Positions 47,587 to 59,666 are shown, counted from the stretch's first letter. The stretch: 64,000 bases of DNA from Escherichia coli (GCF_045037415.1 NZ_CP173438.1), one strand, 5' to 3'. Notes: generated by a model not told the origin, from the letters alone. Translations and numbers: made by a program.

Positions 47587-47961
47587 TTACGCTGCCGTCT
47601 CCTGCACGCTCTTCGCGCCAGAGTCTGGCTCGCTCATAAAATTTACAGCCACAGCGCACAACTGAATAAAATCGCGTGACGACATTTTTTTAATCATCAC
47701 TTCATCCAGTCGTGGCGAGGTCACGCGAGGCAACAGCGTGAACATGGTATCCGCTTTCAGATTCAGCACATCAGACAGCGACAGACCACGCAGGGATCCC
47801 GCCTGCTCAATAGCCCCGGTGATCTCCACATATGTGATTTTTTCGGCACCACGCTCAATTGGCCGGGAAAGTTTTACACCACGTTCGACAGCCATATCCT
47901 CACCTGACGTCACATCATCCGCTACGGTGTTATTCCGGGTTTCAGTATCGATATCTTTCAT
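47587..47961 (-). CDS. Tail assembly chaperone E (P2 gpE-like) with overlapping -1 frame E' extension (47423..47659)
   Basis: 124-aa ORF whose 3' end overlaps a -1 frame ORF running into T; A7 run at about 47685..47691 near the start of the shared window. Confidence 0.7.
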   Translation of the reverse strand: MKDIDTETRNNTVADDVTSGEDMAVERGVKLSRPIERGAEKITYVEITGAIEQAGSLRGLSLSDVLNLKADTMFTLLPRVTSPRLDEVMIKKMSSRDFIQLCAVAVNFMSEPDSGAKSVQETAA

Positions 47962-48016
47962 CAGTTGTCTCCTTTTCAGTCAGAGGCGACGCACTGCGCC
48001 GCCTGCATATTACTTA

Positions 48017-48529
48017 TCAGCCAAGCCCAAGCGCGGAACGAATGCGGTCAGGCACAATGTCCTTGCCGTCCTTCCGGTAGATGTGGTTCAACAGGTCGAT
48101 TTCCCACAGCGGGCGATCGTTAACGCTCAGCTTGTAGTAGGTGTTTTTGACAGCGTAAGTGTGTGATGTGGCTTCGCCCTGTTTGGCCTCCCCCATATCA
48201 ATTTCCGTCACACGCCCGCGCATCTCGATTTCATACAGATCGCTTTCTGCATCGGTGTAATATTCACCCGCAAAACGCAGCAGCGTGCCGTCAATCGTGC
48301 CGCCATACTTAAGGAACAGTGCACGAACAGCTCCCCCCATGACAAAGCTCGCATCAAGCGCGGAGTCGTCCAGACCGAGATCAATACTTACTGCTCCCAT
48401 CATGCCACCACCACGATAGCTGTCGGTTTTGCGCGTCAGTTTGGGCGGCGTGACGGATGTCACTTTACCCACTTCGTTTTCACCATCCACAAACAACGTA
48501 AAAAAGCGAAGATGTTTTGGTACAGCCAT
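48017..48529 (-). CDS. Tail tube protein (P2 gpFII-like)
   Basis: 170 aa (P2 FII is 172); position between sheath and E. Confidence 0.85.
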   Translation of the reverse strand: MAVPKHLRFFTLFVDGENEVGKVTSVTPPKLTRKTDSYRGGGMMGAVSIDLGLDDSALDASFVMGGAVRALFLKYGGTIDGTLLRFAGEYYTDAESDLYEIEMRGRVTEIDMGEAKQGEATSHTYAVKNTYYKLSVNDRPLWEIDLLNHIYRKDGKDIVPDRIRSALGLG

Positions 48530-49713
48530 CAGGCACCTCCCAGCACCGCAAATGCGGGACCAAAGAATTCATCAGTAAACGTCTGGTAAAGCTCCATGTC
48601 TTCCAGCGGGGGAACGGGCGTATATTTGTAGCGAATACGCACACGCCCCTGACGTAAATCCGTGGTGCCGTTATCCACCACGTCATACCAGCACTCCGCG
48701 CCAATCAGTTTCCCGGCAGTAACCAGCGAATCCAATTTTGCCCTGATGGCACTGATAACATCCTTCACGTTCGCAGGCGTCAGTGGACTGTCGATGGTTT
48801 CAAACTGCGCTTCCGCAATTGAATCAGCCAGCACCTGTGCGGTTCGGGTATACACCTCAAAGATGTAGGCGTTCGTTTCCGGTGTGCGGTTGCCCCAGAA
48901 GCGGAACCCGTTACGACGAATAATGGTCGTGATTTCTTTGTTGTTGAGGCTGTTGGCATCACTGTCTTCGGCCTGTAACGACCAGAACACATGCCTCGAC
49001 ATCCCCAGCACATTTTTAACCGGAACGTTGGACAGCGATTTGTGCCAGCCCTGCTCATGGTCAATGTACGCACGAAGGCCGCACGCATAAGCAGGCGCGG
49101 GGAACGTTTCGTTTTTGCCACTTTTCGGGTTGTAGGCGATGAAGTCAGGCCATAAGAGCATCACCTCACGTTCGTTGAATTTCTGGCGGTAGGTAATCGC
49201 CTCAGCCATCGTGTTACAACCATGACATGTGGCATACACAAACGCGCGCAGTTTACCCGCAATCACGCACAGGGATTTTGTCACCGCCTCCGTGTCCAGC
49301 TCCGGCGCGGCCAGAATACGCGGACGGTATCCGATGCTTTCATCCTGCTCTGCAACAAGCAGCGCATACATCCCCGTATAGCTGCCGTCAGATTCAGAAC
49401 CACCGATAACCAGTTGATCCTGCGTCCTACCGCCTTCTTCTTTGTGTTCAGCCACGCGAACGACGATCACTTTTGTGCTCACCTGGTCTGCGATAGCCTT
49501 AAGCGCACGATAAAGCGTCCCCGTAGTCCCGCATTTTCCCAGCACGTCATTGACGCGGGTCAGCAGTGTGGGCTTGTTCAGCGGGAACAGCTCCGCATCC
49601 GCATCATCCGCCGTTGCCACGATACCGATAACGCTGGAATCAACATCATTAATCGCTGTTACCAGGTCGGTACTTTCCGTGACACGGGCACCATGAAAAC
49701 GAGTTTCACTCAT
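48529..49713 (-). CDS. Tail sheath protein (P2 gpFI-like)
   Basis: 394 aa (P2 FI is 396); ATGA-coupled to FII. Confidence 0.85.
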   Translation of the reverse strand: MSETRFHGARVTESTDLVTAINDVDSSVIGIVATADDADAELFPLNKPTLLTRVNDVLGKCGTTGTLYRALKAIADQVSTKVIVVRVAEHKEEGGRTQDQLVIGGSESDGSYTGMYALLVAEQDESIGYRPRILAAPELDTEAVTKSLCVIAGKLRAFVYATCHGCNTMAEAITYRQKFNEREVMLLWPDFIAYNPKSGKNETFPAPAYACGLRAYIDHEQGWHKSLSNVPVKNVLGMSRHVFWSLQAEDSDANSLNNKEITTIIRRNGFRFWGNRTPETNAYIFEVYTRTAQVLADSIAEAQFETIDSPLTPANVKDVISAIRAKLDSLVTAGKLIGAECWYDVVDNGTTDLRQGRVRIRYKYTPVPPLEDMELYQTFTDEFFGPAFAVLGGA

Positions 49714-49870
49714 AGCTTCAGCCCCTTGTATCCGTTAAATGATTCGGCAACAATCATCACCCACCACGCGCGTAATCTCACCCCTGCGCCGTTCTCCCGC
49801 CACGGCGACAACAAAAAGCAGTAACCCCCTCCGCACGCACATGCGACCATGCCGCACAGGGAGGGAGCAG

Positions 49871-50980
49871 ATGACCGACACCACCATGCAATTGCTCAGT
49901 CAGGGCACAGACCCCGTGAAAATGCCGGATTTTGATATTCTCGCGGAGGGTAAAACGCTGTCAGGCGTGGCAGAGCGCCTGATGAGCCTGTCACTGACCG
50001 ACAACCGGGGATTTGAGGCGGACCAGCTCACCATCACGCTGGATGATGCGGATGGTCAGTTGCAGCTACCGCCACGGGGCGCGCGCCTGACGGTTCTCAT
50101 TGGCTGGAAAGGAGAACCGCTGACAGAAAAAGGCACTTACATTGTTGATGAAATCGCTCACGAAGGACCGCCGGACAGGCTGACTGTTTCAGCCAGAAGC
50201 GCAGATTTTCGGGATGAATTTAACGTTAAACGTGAGGTGTCCTGGCATGATGTGACCGTTGAGCGTGTGGTATCCGCCATCGCTCATCGGTATGGTCTGA
50301 AACCGCAAATCAGCGAAATGCTGATGGATATCGAAATCGACCACGCCGACCAGACCGAAGAAAGCGACATGTCCTTCCTTACGCGCATGGCGGAAATGCT
50401 GGGCGCAATCACCACGGTAAAAAGCGGTAATCTGTTATTCATCATGCCCGGCGGTGGCGTGAACGCACAGGGCCAGCCGTTGCCATCGTTTGCCATCACA
50501 CGCAGCAGCGGCGATCGCCATCAGTTCCGCATTGCTGACCGCGAAGCGTATACGGGGGTACGCGCTTACTGGCTTGATCTTAATTACGGGAAAAAGAAAA
50601 AAGTCAGCGTGAAACGCCGTAAACCGCCAAAACCCAAAAAGGAGAAAAGCAGCAGCCGCGAAGGTGATTATATGGAAGGCGCGGAAGGCAATGTGTTTGT
50701 GTTACGCAAGACTTATCAGAACGAGCAGGCAGCAAGACGCGCAGCGGCGGCAAAGTGGCAGCAACTACAACGCGGAGCCGCATCATTCTCCATCACGCTG
50801 GCGCGTGGACGTGCAGAACTCTACCCCGAAATGCATGGCACGGTAACAGGATTTAAAAGCGAGATTGATAATCAGGACTGGATCATTGCAAAAGCCGAGC
50901 ACACCATTGATAACAGCGGTTTTACCACGCAGCTTGAGCTTGAGGCAAAAATCCCGGAATGGATAGCGGAAACAGAGTGA
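49871..50980 (+). CDS. Tail protein D (P2 gpD-like, late control gene D)
   Basis: ORF 49739..50980 trimmed to ATG 49871 with RBS gggaggg; about 370 aa; assigned by size and position next to ogr. Confidence 0.7.
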   Translation: MTDTTMQLLSQGTDPVKMPDFDILAEGKTLSGVAERLMSLSLTDNRGFEADQLTITLDDADGQLQLPPRGARLTVLIGWKGEPLTEKGTYIVDEIAHEGPPDRLTVSARSADFRDEFNVKREVSWHDVTVERVVSAIAHRYGLKPQISEMLMDIEIDHADQTEESDMSFLTRMAEMLGAITTVKSGNLLFIMPGGGVNAQGQPLPSFAITRSSGDRHQFRIADREAYTGVRAYWLDLNYGKKKKVSVKRRKPPKPKKEKSSSREGDYMEGAEGNVFVLRKTYQNEQAARRAAAAKWQQLQRGAASFSITLARGRAELYPEMHGTVTGFKSEIDNQDWIIAKAEHTIDNSGFTTQLELEAKIPEWIAETE

Positions 50981-51020
50981 GCAACTTAGAATAGGCAGCA
51001 CCACGTTAAGGGAGGTCGCT

Positions 51021-51281
51021 ATGTTCCGTTGTCCGCTTTGTGGCGCATCTGCCCGTATCCGCACCAGTCGTCCGGAAAATGATTCAAACACCGTGCGGCA
51101 AAAGTATTACCAGTGTAACAATCTGGAATGCGGCGTATGCTTCTCAACACTGGAAGCTTTCCATAAATTCACATCAAAACACGCCTCCGGCGTTCACTCT
51201 TCAGAAGGTATCCCGTGGCATGATCTGCCAGCTTCACACAGGGGAAACAATCAGATGAGTTTGCCTTTATCTCAGAATTAA
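51021..51281 (+). CDS. ogr: Ogr/Delta-type zinc-finger late transcription activator
   Basis: MFRCPLCGASARIRTSR...YYQCNNLECGVCF has the CxxC...CxxxxC pattern and parallels recalled P2 Ogr. Confidence 0.8.
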   Translation: MFRCPLCGASARIRTSRPENDSNTVRQKYYQCNNLECGVCFSTLEAFHKFTSKHASGVHSSEGIPWHDLPASHRGNNQMSLPLSQN

Positions 51282-51472
51282 CAGGCAGAATTGCCGGAGT
51301 AACAAAAAAGCGATAGATTACGTGCGGGTGCCTTTCGGCTGATGGTCGGAGGGAATACCCGAAGGCCAGATGTGGAAAGGCCCCGAGTCAACTTTAACGT
51401 TAACCCGAGGCCCTAACCATCTACCCTCAGCAAGTGATAGGTTAGCGCCTCCCCGAAAAAGGAGCAAGCGCT

Positions 51473-51613
51473 ATGTCGCAAAAATCGCTTACGGCCATCA
51501 CATTCTGCGTGACGGCAATCCTCATCATCTGGATGCTGCACGGTTCGCTGTGTGAAATACGGATGAGTTTCTGGGGAGCGGAGTTTGCGGCGTTCTTACA
51601 GTGTAAGCAGTAA
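51473..51613 (+). CDS. Hok/Gef-family type I toxin (46 aa), with overlapping mok-like frame 51370..51555
   Basis: MSQKSLTAITFCVTAILIIWMLHGSLCEIRMSFWGAEFAAFLQCKQ: N-terminal TM then the SLCEIR signature and an E-AAF block as in Hok; RBS aggag. Confidence 0.6.
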   Translation: MSQKSLTAITFCVTAILIIWMLHGSLCEIRMSFWGAEFAAFLQCKQ

Positions 51614-51707
51614 GGAAACCGCGACGGGGAAGGCAACTTCCCCGTCAATCGGTTGCCAGGGTAAAGGTCGAAAAGGCACCCTATTTCCAGTTGACGTGAA
51701 CAACAAG

Positions 51708-51739
51708 CCCGCAGCGTAAAAACTGCGGGTTTTCTTTTT
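51708..51739 (+). terminator. Intrinsic terminator downstream of the hok-like gene
   Basis: cccgcag-cgtaaaaa-ctgcggg followed by ttttcttttt. Confidence 0.6.
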
Positions 51740-51772
51740 GGTTCCCTCACTCATGAGGACACCAAAAAACAA

Positions 51773-51803
51773 AGCCCACAGCATAGAAGCTGTGGGCTTT
51801 TTG
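51773..51803 (+). terminator. Second intrinsic terminator
   Basis: agcccacagc-atagaa-gctgtgggct followed by ttttt. Confidence 0.55.
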
Positions 51804-51876
51804 CATTCAAAGATGGACGTTATATGGACACTTAAAAATAAAATCCATTTATTTTCAAATGATTAAACCTCTACTT

Positions 51877-51896
51877 AAAGCGCCCGCAGGCGCTTT
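51877..51896. repeat. attR core (20-bp direct repeat), also the serS terminator
   Basis: Exact copy of 13220..13239; lies about 22 bp downstream of the serS stop. Confidence 0.8.
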
Positions 51897-51918
51897 TTAG
51901 ATTCAGAAAAATTGGGTA

Positions 51919-53232
<1,314 letters not shown>

Positions 53233-53301
53233 TTAAATGGGAGATGTGGCCACAGCCTGCGACCACAGGGATACATTAACAACATTACCGCAACGATAAC
53301 A

Positions 53302-54645
53302 TTAACGGTAGCGTTTTATGGGGCTATTTTGATCCTGTTCAGCCAGCCAGGCGAGCTTTTCGCCAATCTTGCCTTCAAGGCCCCTGTTTGTCGGGAAATA
53401 ATAGCGTGTTTGTGCTATTTCCGGCGGGAAGTAAACCTCACCGGCAGCATAAGCGTTTGCTTCATCATGAGCGTAACGATATTCCTGCCCGTAGCCCATT
53501 TCCTTCATTAATTTCGTCGGCGCATTACGCAAATGAACCGGCACGTCATAATCCGGACGTTCGCGAGCATCGGCCAGCGCGGCTTTAAACGCAGTGTAGA
53601 CAGCGTTGCTTTTTGGCGCGCAGGCCAGGTAAACAATCGCCTGAGCAATGGCGCGTTCACCTTCCGCCGGGCCAACGCGAGTAAAGCAATCCCAGGCCGC
53701 AATTGCCACCTGCATCGCCCGTGGGTCGGCATTGCCGACATCTTCGGAAGCAATTGCCAGGCAACGACGCGCAACATATAACGGATCGCCACCGGCGGTA
53801 ATAATTCGCGCATACCAGTAGAGCGCCGCATCGGGTGCGCTACCACGTACCGACTTATGCAATGCGGAAATCAGATCGTAAAAGCGATCGCCTTTGTTAT
53901 CAAAGCGGGCGCTACGTTCACCGGCGATTTCGGTCAGTAATTCAGGCTTCAGGACCCGCTTACCGCTATCATCGACTTCGGCCATATCCGCCATCATTTC
54001 CAGCGTATTTAACGCCCGGCGCGCGTCGCCATTCACCAGTTCAGCAATGGCGCGTCGTGTTTCATCTGGCAGAACAATATCCTGACCACCATAGCCACGG
54101 GTTTTGTCTTCCATCGCCTGAGTTAGTACTTGCTCAATATCCTCTGTACTCAGGGATTTCAACAGATAGACACGGGCACGGGAAAGCAGTGCCGAATTAA
54201 GCTCAAACGACGGGTTTTCAGTGGTTGCGCCAATAAAAGTGATGGTGCCGTCTTCAATATGTGGCAGAAATGCATCCTGCTGGCTTTTGTTGAAACGGTG
54301 AACTTCGTCAACAAAAAGAATAGTGCGGCGACCTGCATTGCGGTTTTGCCGAGCGCGTTCGATCGCCTCGCGAATCTCTTTCACGCCAGAGGTGACGGCA
54401 GAAATACGTTCCACATCAGCGTTCGCATAGCGGGCAATCACTTCAGCGAGGGTTGTTTTGCCGGTACCCGGCGGCCCCCAGAGGATCATAGAATGCAGAT
54501 GCCCGGCTTCGATAGCGCGCGGCAACGGCTTCCCCACAGCCAGCAAATGTTGCTGGCCGATATACTGTGCTAAATTTTCTGGCCGCATACGCGCGGCCAG
54601 GGGTTGAAAAGTATTATCCGAAAAATCGAGCGACAGATTGCTCAC
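53302..54645 (-). CDS. rarA: Replication-associated recombination protein A (AAA+ ATPase)
   Basis: 447 aa; Walker [10 protein letters not shown]. Confidence 0.9.
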   Translation of the reverse strand: MSNLSLDFSDNTFQPLAARMRPENLAQYIGQQHLLAVGKPLPRAIEAGHLHSMILWGPPGTGKTTLAEVIARYANADVERISAVTSGVKEIREAIERARQNRNAGRRTILFVDEVHRFNKSQQDAFLPHIEDGTITFIGATTENPSFELNSALLSRARVYLLKSLSTEDIEQVLTQAMEDKTRGYGGQDIVLPDETRRAIAELVNGDARRALNTLEMMADMAEVDDSGKRVLKPELLTEIAGERSARFDNKGDRFYDLISALHKSVRGSAPDAALYWYARIITAGGDPLYVARRCLAIASEDVGNADPRAMQVAIAAWDCFTRVGPAEGERAIAQAIVYLACAPKSNAVYTAFKAALADARERPDYDVPVHLRNAPTKLMKEMGYGQEYRYAHDEANAYAAGEVYFPPEIAQTRYYFPTNRGLEGKIGEKLAWLAEQDQNSPIKRYR

Positions 54646-54655
54646 TCAGGTGCCT

Positions 54656-55267
54656 CTACTTACGTTGATCATCTACCGTGACGCCTTGCGGCGGGGTGAA
54701 GGTAAATTTCGCTGCATCCACAGCCCCATTTTGCTGGGATTTCAGCTGATAACTGCTGCGCTGATCGTCCTGCTCCACCGCGCTAAACTGATGGATTGTG
54801 CCATCACGTCCCACGTTAATGGTGAACTGCTTCAGATTGCCATTGCTGGCTTTCGGCGTCAGAACAAAGTCATCGCCATTCTGTTTGATATTGTACTGCT
54901 GCCAGTCGCTGGACTGGTTGCGGGCAATCAGCATAAACGGCGTATTACCGGTGGCATCTTTCAGCCAGGTTGCCGTAGCTTGCTCAACGAACGGGTTATA
55001 GAACCACAGTGTTTTACCGTCAGAAACCAGAATGCTTTCATCAGGTTGAGTCATATGCCAGTTGAATAAGTTTGGACGTTTCACCCACAGATCGCCCTGA
55101 CCTTCCTGCACCGCCGCGCCGCTACCGTCAGTCACTTTTTGTGTGAAGCTGGCGTGGAAGCTGCTGACTTTATCCAGGCGGCTTTTCAGATCGCTTGCGG
55201 CATCAGCCCAAACGCTGCTTGCTACTAAGCTTGAGAGTAATGCACAGGTGATGGCAATTTTTTTCAT
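54656..55267 (-). CDS. lolA: Outer-membrane lipoprotein carrier protein LolA
   Basis: Signal peptide [21 protein letters not shown]; about 203 aa. Confidence 0.9.
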
Positions 55268-55425
55268 CATTATTCCTCAAATTACGTCACTCCCGACCGG
55301 GAGCTCCCTCTACTCTCTATTCCAGGCTAATAATCAGCTTGAGGAAAGAAGAAAATACTGAATTTTCAGTTACCAGATTGCCGGATGCGACGCTACCGCG
55401 CCTTATCCGGCCTACGATGCATTAA

Positions 55426-58400
55426 TTAGTCAAACGGCGGTGGGGCCAGCACTTCACGATTACCGTTGTGCCCCTGTTCGCTGACAATCCCCTGCGCTTC
55501 CATCTGTTCGATAATACGCGCTGCACGGTTATAACCAATGCGGAACTGACGCTGTACGCCAGAAATTGATGCTTTGCGTTTTTCAGTGACAAACTGCACC
55601 GCCTGATCGAACAACGGATCCAGCTCTTCAGCGCCATCGAAACCGCCCGCGCCACCTTCGCTTTCGCTGTCGGAGGTGATGCCATCAACATACTGTGGGC
55701 GACCACGCGCTTTCCAGTCCTGCACCACGGCATGAACTTCTTGATCGCGAACAAAAGCACCATGGACACGTACCGGCAAAGTGGAGTTCGGCCCAGAGTA
55801 GAGCATATCCCCCATACCCAGCAGTGATTCCGCACCAGCCTGATCAAGAATGGTACGTGAGTCAATCTTACTGGATACGGTAAAGGCGATACGGGTCGGA
55901 ATATTCGCTTTAATCAGACCAGTAATAACATCAACCGATGGACGCTGCGTTGCCAGTACGAGGTGGATACCCGCGGCACGAGCTTTTTGCGCCAGACGTG
56001 CTATCAGCTCTTCCACTTTTTTACCTACCGTCATCATCAGGTCGGCAAATTCGTCCACCAACACCACTATGTACGGTTCTTTTTTCAGCACCGGATGCTG
56101 CGCATCCATACTATCACCCGGCTTCCAGTACGGGTCTGGAATCGGACGCATCATGCGATCGGCTTCAGCAATTTTTTCGTTATAACCCGCCAGATTACGC
56201 ACACCCAGCGCAGACATCAGTTTATAACGACGCTCCATCTCGTTAACACACCAGCGCAGCGCGTTGGCGGCATCTTTCATATCAGTAACAACTTCCGTTA
56301 ACAGGTGCGGAATGCCTTCATAAACCGAAAGCTCCAGCATTTTCGGGTCGATCATGATGAAACGCACATCTTCTGGCTGTGCTTTATAAAGCATGCTCAG
56401 GATCATCGCGTTCACCCCGACAGACTTACCGGAACCGGTAGTCCCCGCAACCAACAAGTGCGGCATTTTCGCCAGATCGGCAACCACCGGCTCACCGGCG
56501 ATATCTTTACCCAGCACCACGGTTAATGGCGACGGATTATCGCGGAATTTGGCGTTATCCAAAACCTCGCGCAGATAAACGGTTTGTCGTTTTTTATTCG
56601 GTAACTCCAGACCTACATAGGGTTTGCCAGGAATAACTTCAACGACACGCACCGCCACCGTCGAAAGTGAACGGGCAAGGTCACGTGACAAGTTAGAAAT
56701 GCGCGCCGCTTTTACGCCCGGTGCCAGGTTCAATTCAAAGCGAGTGATAACTGGCCCCGGAGAGTAATTGACAACATCGGCTTTAATACGGAAATCAGCC
56801 AGACGCGCTTCTACCAGGCGCGCCATTTGTTCAAGCGCAAAGGTATCTACCGGCTCCACTTCGCTCGGCGGCGGTGTCAGCAAATCCAGAGAAGGCAGTG
56901 GCGTCGTCGGTTTATGCAACGGACGGCTGTCGCCATTACGCATCAACAGCGGATGAAGCAGGGTATCCTGCGGCTGTGGCGCAACTGGCTGTTGCGGCTG
57001 CTGATATTGCGGCTGTGGTACAACCGGCTGCTGCGGCTGCTGATACTGCGGCTGCTGTGTAACCGGCTGTTGTGGCTGCTGATACTGCGGCTGCTGTGCA
57101 ACCGGTTGTTGTGGCTGCTGATATTGCTGCTGCGGTGCAACCGGTTGTTGCGGCTGCTGATACTGCGGCTGCGGTGCAACCGGTTGTTGCGGCTGCTGAT
57201 ATTGCTGCTGCGGTGCTACCGGTTGTTGCGGCTGCTGTACAGGTTCAACAATTGGCGTAAACAGCGGTTCGTGTGGACCATCATCCAGCAACGCTTTCAT
57301 TGGCGAAAATTCAAAATCATCCAGCGAGAACGGATTCGCCCCAGCCGGTTGTTCGCCGGAATAACGTTGTTGTTGAGTTTGAGCAAACTGACGAGCCAGT
57401 TCTGCCTCTGCCGCAGCATCTGCATCTTCTGTGTTCACGGGCACATCATGTTGATACTGTTCGCCATAGCGTTGCTGCTGCGTCTGGGCGAACTGACGTG
57501 CCAGTTCATCCTGCTGCATCGCATCGATTTCATCATCGTTGTACTGATCGCCAGAATCGTACTGATTACGCTGGGCTTCACGGGCTTTTTCTTCTGCCGC
57601 ACGCTGTGAGGGCAGCTTAATACCGTAAGACGCCAGTTCACGACGAGTTGGCACGCGGATGCGTTTCGGTCGTGGCAACTGCGGGCCAATCCCCTCTTTG
57701 ACCTGCGGACGCGGTCCACCGCTATTTGCCAGACTGAAGACTGGCGCGGCAACGGTTGCGGCAGCCCCCGTCGCCAGTGTCGCTTTTTTCACGCCAGATG
57801 CCAGCGGAGAAACGGCGGCAGCGGCTTCCACTGGAGGTACTGCTGCAACAGAAGGTGCTTTTAGCGAAGATTTGATCGGTTCTGGTTCTTTAACAGGTTC
57901 TGGAATCGGTTGATACCAGGCCGCAAGTTGTTCGCGTTCACGGGCTCGCTTCTCTTCCACTTCTTCAAAGTAGTAAAGCGGCGGACGCGTGGGTTTTGTC
58001 TCTTCTACAACGGGTTCAGGCTCCACAACAGGCTGCTGTTCAACAGGTTGCGGCTGTTGGTACAACGGTTCCTGAGCGGCTGGCTGCTGATAAGTTTGCT
58101 CAGTCTGGTATGTAGACTGTGGAGCAAAAGTGGATTGCTGCTCTTCGGCTTGCCAGGCGTTACCTGCCACCGCTTGTTCTGGCGCAGGGGCGTAATACGG
58201 CTGTTGCGCAGGCTGTTCCGCCGCAGTTGCGTAATACGGTTGCTGAACAGGTTGTTCCGCCGCAGGAGCGTAGTAAGGTTGTTGCGCAGGTTGTTCAGCT
58301 GCAGGTGCATAATACGGCTGCTGTGGCTGTACTGGTTGTTGCAGCGGCTCATTATATTGCACTGCAGGCTGCGCATATTGTGGCTGCTGTGGGTAACCTT

Positions 58401-59532
58401 CCGGTGCAGGAGCAATAACCGGTTCTCCCGTTTGCGGCCCCGGTACAGGCTGCCAGGCTACTGTAGATTGCGCAGGTGGAACATCAACAGAGGCAACTGG
58501 CGGCGTCTGAGTCACAGGTTCAACCGGTGCAGCCCAGCTTTGTGTCGCCGTGGTAGCAGCAGCTGCTACAGCAACAGGTTCGGTAATTGGCGCACCGTTT
58601 AATAATGGATCGTACTCGTCATATTCTGGCTGCGTTGCACGATTGCCCGAAAAGAGGACGTCGTCAGGGTCGGCAGCCACACCGCGTGCAGTGTAGGTAA
58701 TCTCTTCGTCATCATCCATCCGCTTACCGGAGAACAACGCAGCGTCTGTTTGCCGCCCCATCGGATTAATGAATTTTTCCGCCAACCGTTTACGACGCGC
58801 TAGCGCGCCGCGAAGAATACGGGCACGGCGTGATTCATGCTGTTTGCCGTGATTTTCATCTTCATACTCTTCGTCGTCTTCATACTCATCTTCATCGACC
58901 CAGGTATCATCGCGACGGGTACGATTACTGGCGAAGGTAAGAATATTTAAAATCCAGCCGCCGAGTTTTTCAGCAATGGTCACCCATGACCAACCGGTGA
59001 ACAGCGTCAGGCCCGCTGCCCAAACGCAGAGCAGCGCAATAGTTCCCCCGCTACTGTGTAGCAGTGGTTGTAGCGTAGTGCTTAGTAAGCTGCCAATGAC
59101 GCCACCGGAGGCAAAATACCAGATATCGTCAGCGTTGATTGCCGCCAGACCACAGGAGGTAAGGATGAGCGCCAAAACGCCAATGATGCGTAGCGAAACG
59201 GCAAAATAATCAATGTATTCGTCGCTGGACTGATGACGCCAGGCAAACCAACAACCGCCGACAATAATGACGGGAATGGTGTAAGCCATCACGCCAAAAA
59301 TAAAGAACAGCGTATCTGCCAGCCACGCACCGGGCATCCCACCTAAATTATGGATAGGTTCATGCCAGGCCGTTTGCGACCAGCTGGGGTCCGAAGGGTT
59401 AAAGCTTAGTAAGGCAGCCATCAACCAGACGGCAAACAGGACAATAAGGATCAGCAACGCCTCCAGAAGGCGGCGGCCGCTACTTAACTTTGTCAATGTG
59501 ACTTCTTTGTCTTCAGTGTATTCCTGGCTCAA
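55426..59532 (-). CDS. ftsK: DNA translocase FtsK
   Basis: 1368 aa; N-terminal TM domain, long PQ-rich linker, C-terminal motor with Walker A GTTGSGKS. Confidence 0.9.
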   Translation of the reverse strand: MSQEYTEDKEVTLTKLSSGRRLLEALLILIVLFAVWLMAALLSFNPSDPSWSQTAWHEPIHNLGGMPGAWLADTLFFIFGVMAYTIPVIIVGGCWFAWRHQSSDEYIDYFAVSLRIIGVLALILTSCGLAAINADDIWYFASGGVIGSLLSTTLQPLLHSSGGTIALLCVWAAGLTLFTGWSWVTIAEKLGGWILNILTFASNRTRRDDTWVDEDEYEDDEEYEDENHGKQHESRRARILRGALARRKRLAEKFINPMGRQTDAALFSGKRMDDDEEITYTARGVAADPDDVLFSGNRATQPEYDEYDPLLNGAPITEPVAVAAAATTATQSWAAPVEPVTQTPPVASVDVPPAQSTVAWQPVPGPQTGEPVIAPAPEGYPQQPQYAQPAVQYNEPLQQPVQPQQPYYAPAAEQPAQQPYYAPAAEQPVQQPYYATAAEQPAQQPYYAPAPEQAVAGNAWQAEEQQSTFAPQSTYQTEQTYQQPAAQEPLYQQPQPVEQQPVVEPEPVVEETKPTRPPLYYFEEVEEKRAREREQLAAWYQPIPEPVKEPEPIKSSLKAPSVAAVPPVEAAAAVSPLASGVKKATLATGAAATVAAPVFSLANSGGPRPQVKEGIGPQLPRPKRIRVPTRRELASYGIKLPSQRAAEEKAREAQRNQYDSGDQYNDDEIDAMQQDELARQFAQTQQQRYGEQYQHDVPVNTEDADAAAEAELARQFAQTQQQRYSGEQPAGANPFSLDDFEFSPMKALLDDGPHEPLFTPIVEPVQQPQQPVAPQQQYQQPQQPVAPQPQYQQPQQPVAPQQQYQQPQQPVAQQPQYQQPQQPVTQQPQYQQPQQPVVPQPQYQQPQQPVAPQPQDTLLHPLLMRNGDSRPLHKPTTPLPSLDLLTPPPSEVEPVDTFALEQMARLVEARLADFRIKADVVNYSPGPVITRFELNLAPGVKAARISNLSRDLARSLSTVAVRVVEVIPGKPYVGLELPNKKRQTVYLREVLDNAKFRDNPSPLTVVLGKDIAGEPVVADLAKMPHLLVAGTTGSGKSVGVNAMILSMLYKAQPEDVRFIMIDPKMLELSVYEGIPHLLTEVVTDMKDAANALRWCVNEMERRYKLMSALGVRNLAGYNEKIAEADRMMRPIPDPYWKPGDSMDAQHPVLKKEPYIVVLVDEFADLMMTVGKKVEELIARLAQKARAAGIHLVLATQRPSVDVITGLIKANIPTRIAFTVSSKIDSRTILDQAGAESLLGMGDMLYSGPNSTLPVRVHGAFVRDQEVHAVVQDWKARGRPQYVDGITSDSESEGGAGGFDGAEELDPLFDQAVQFVTEKRKASISGVQRQFRIGYNRAARIIEQMEAQGIVSEQGHNGNREVLAPPPFD
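56986..57240. repeat. Tandem ~39-bp repeats encoding the PQ-rich FtsK linker
   Basis: Repeated ggctgctgatactgcggctgctgtgcaaccggttgttgc-type units encoding [13 protein letters not shown] iterations. Confidence 0.7.
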
Positions 59533-59666
59533 GAAAGGCTCTCCAGGTTACAGGCTTTTCCTGCCCGATGCTAAAACGGACAACAGTACCAGGTTACCCC
59601 AGTACTGTTGCTGTATGGATTAACAGGAGTGTAATCAAAATACGCCGATTTTGCACCTGTTCCGTG

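Larger units (their letters stand above)
13220..51896. mobile_element. Integrated P2-like prophage, about 38.7 kb
   Basis: Bounded by identical 20-bp direct repeats at 13220..13239 and 51877..51896; contains a P2-type integrase, C repressor, gpA replication protein, Q P O N M L X, lysis genes, R S V W J I H G, FI FII E T U D and ogr; the flanking host intergenic DNA sums to about 240 bp. Confidence 0.9.

Noticed and set aside
56827-58602. Arg/Leu-rich ORFs (up to 260 aa) and apparent periodic repeats opposite ftsK, which might be mistaken for a CRISPR-like array
   Set aside because: The periodicity comes from the coding PQ-linker repeats of FtsK; the units are contiguous tandem repeats, not repeat-spacer units, and lie inside an intact gene.
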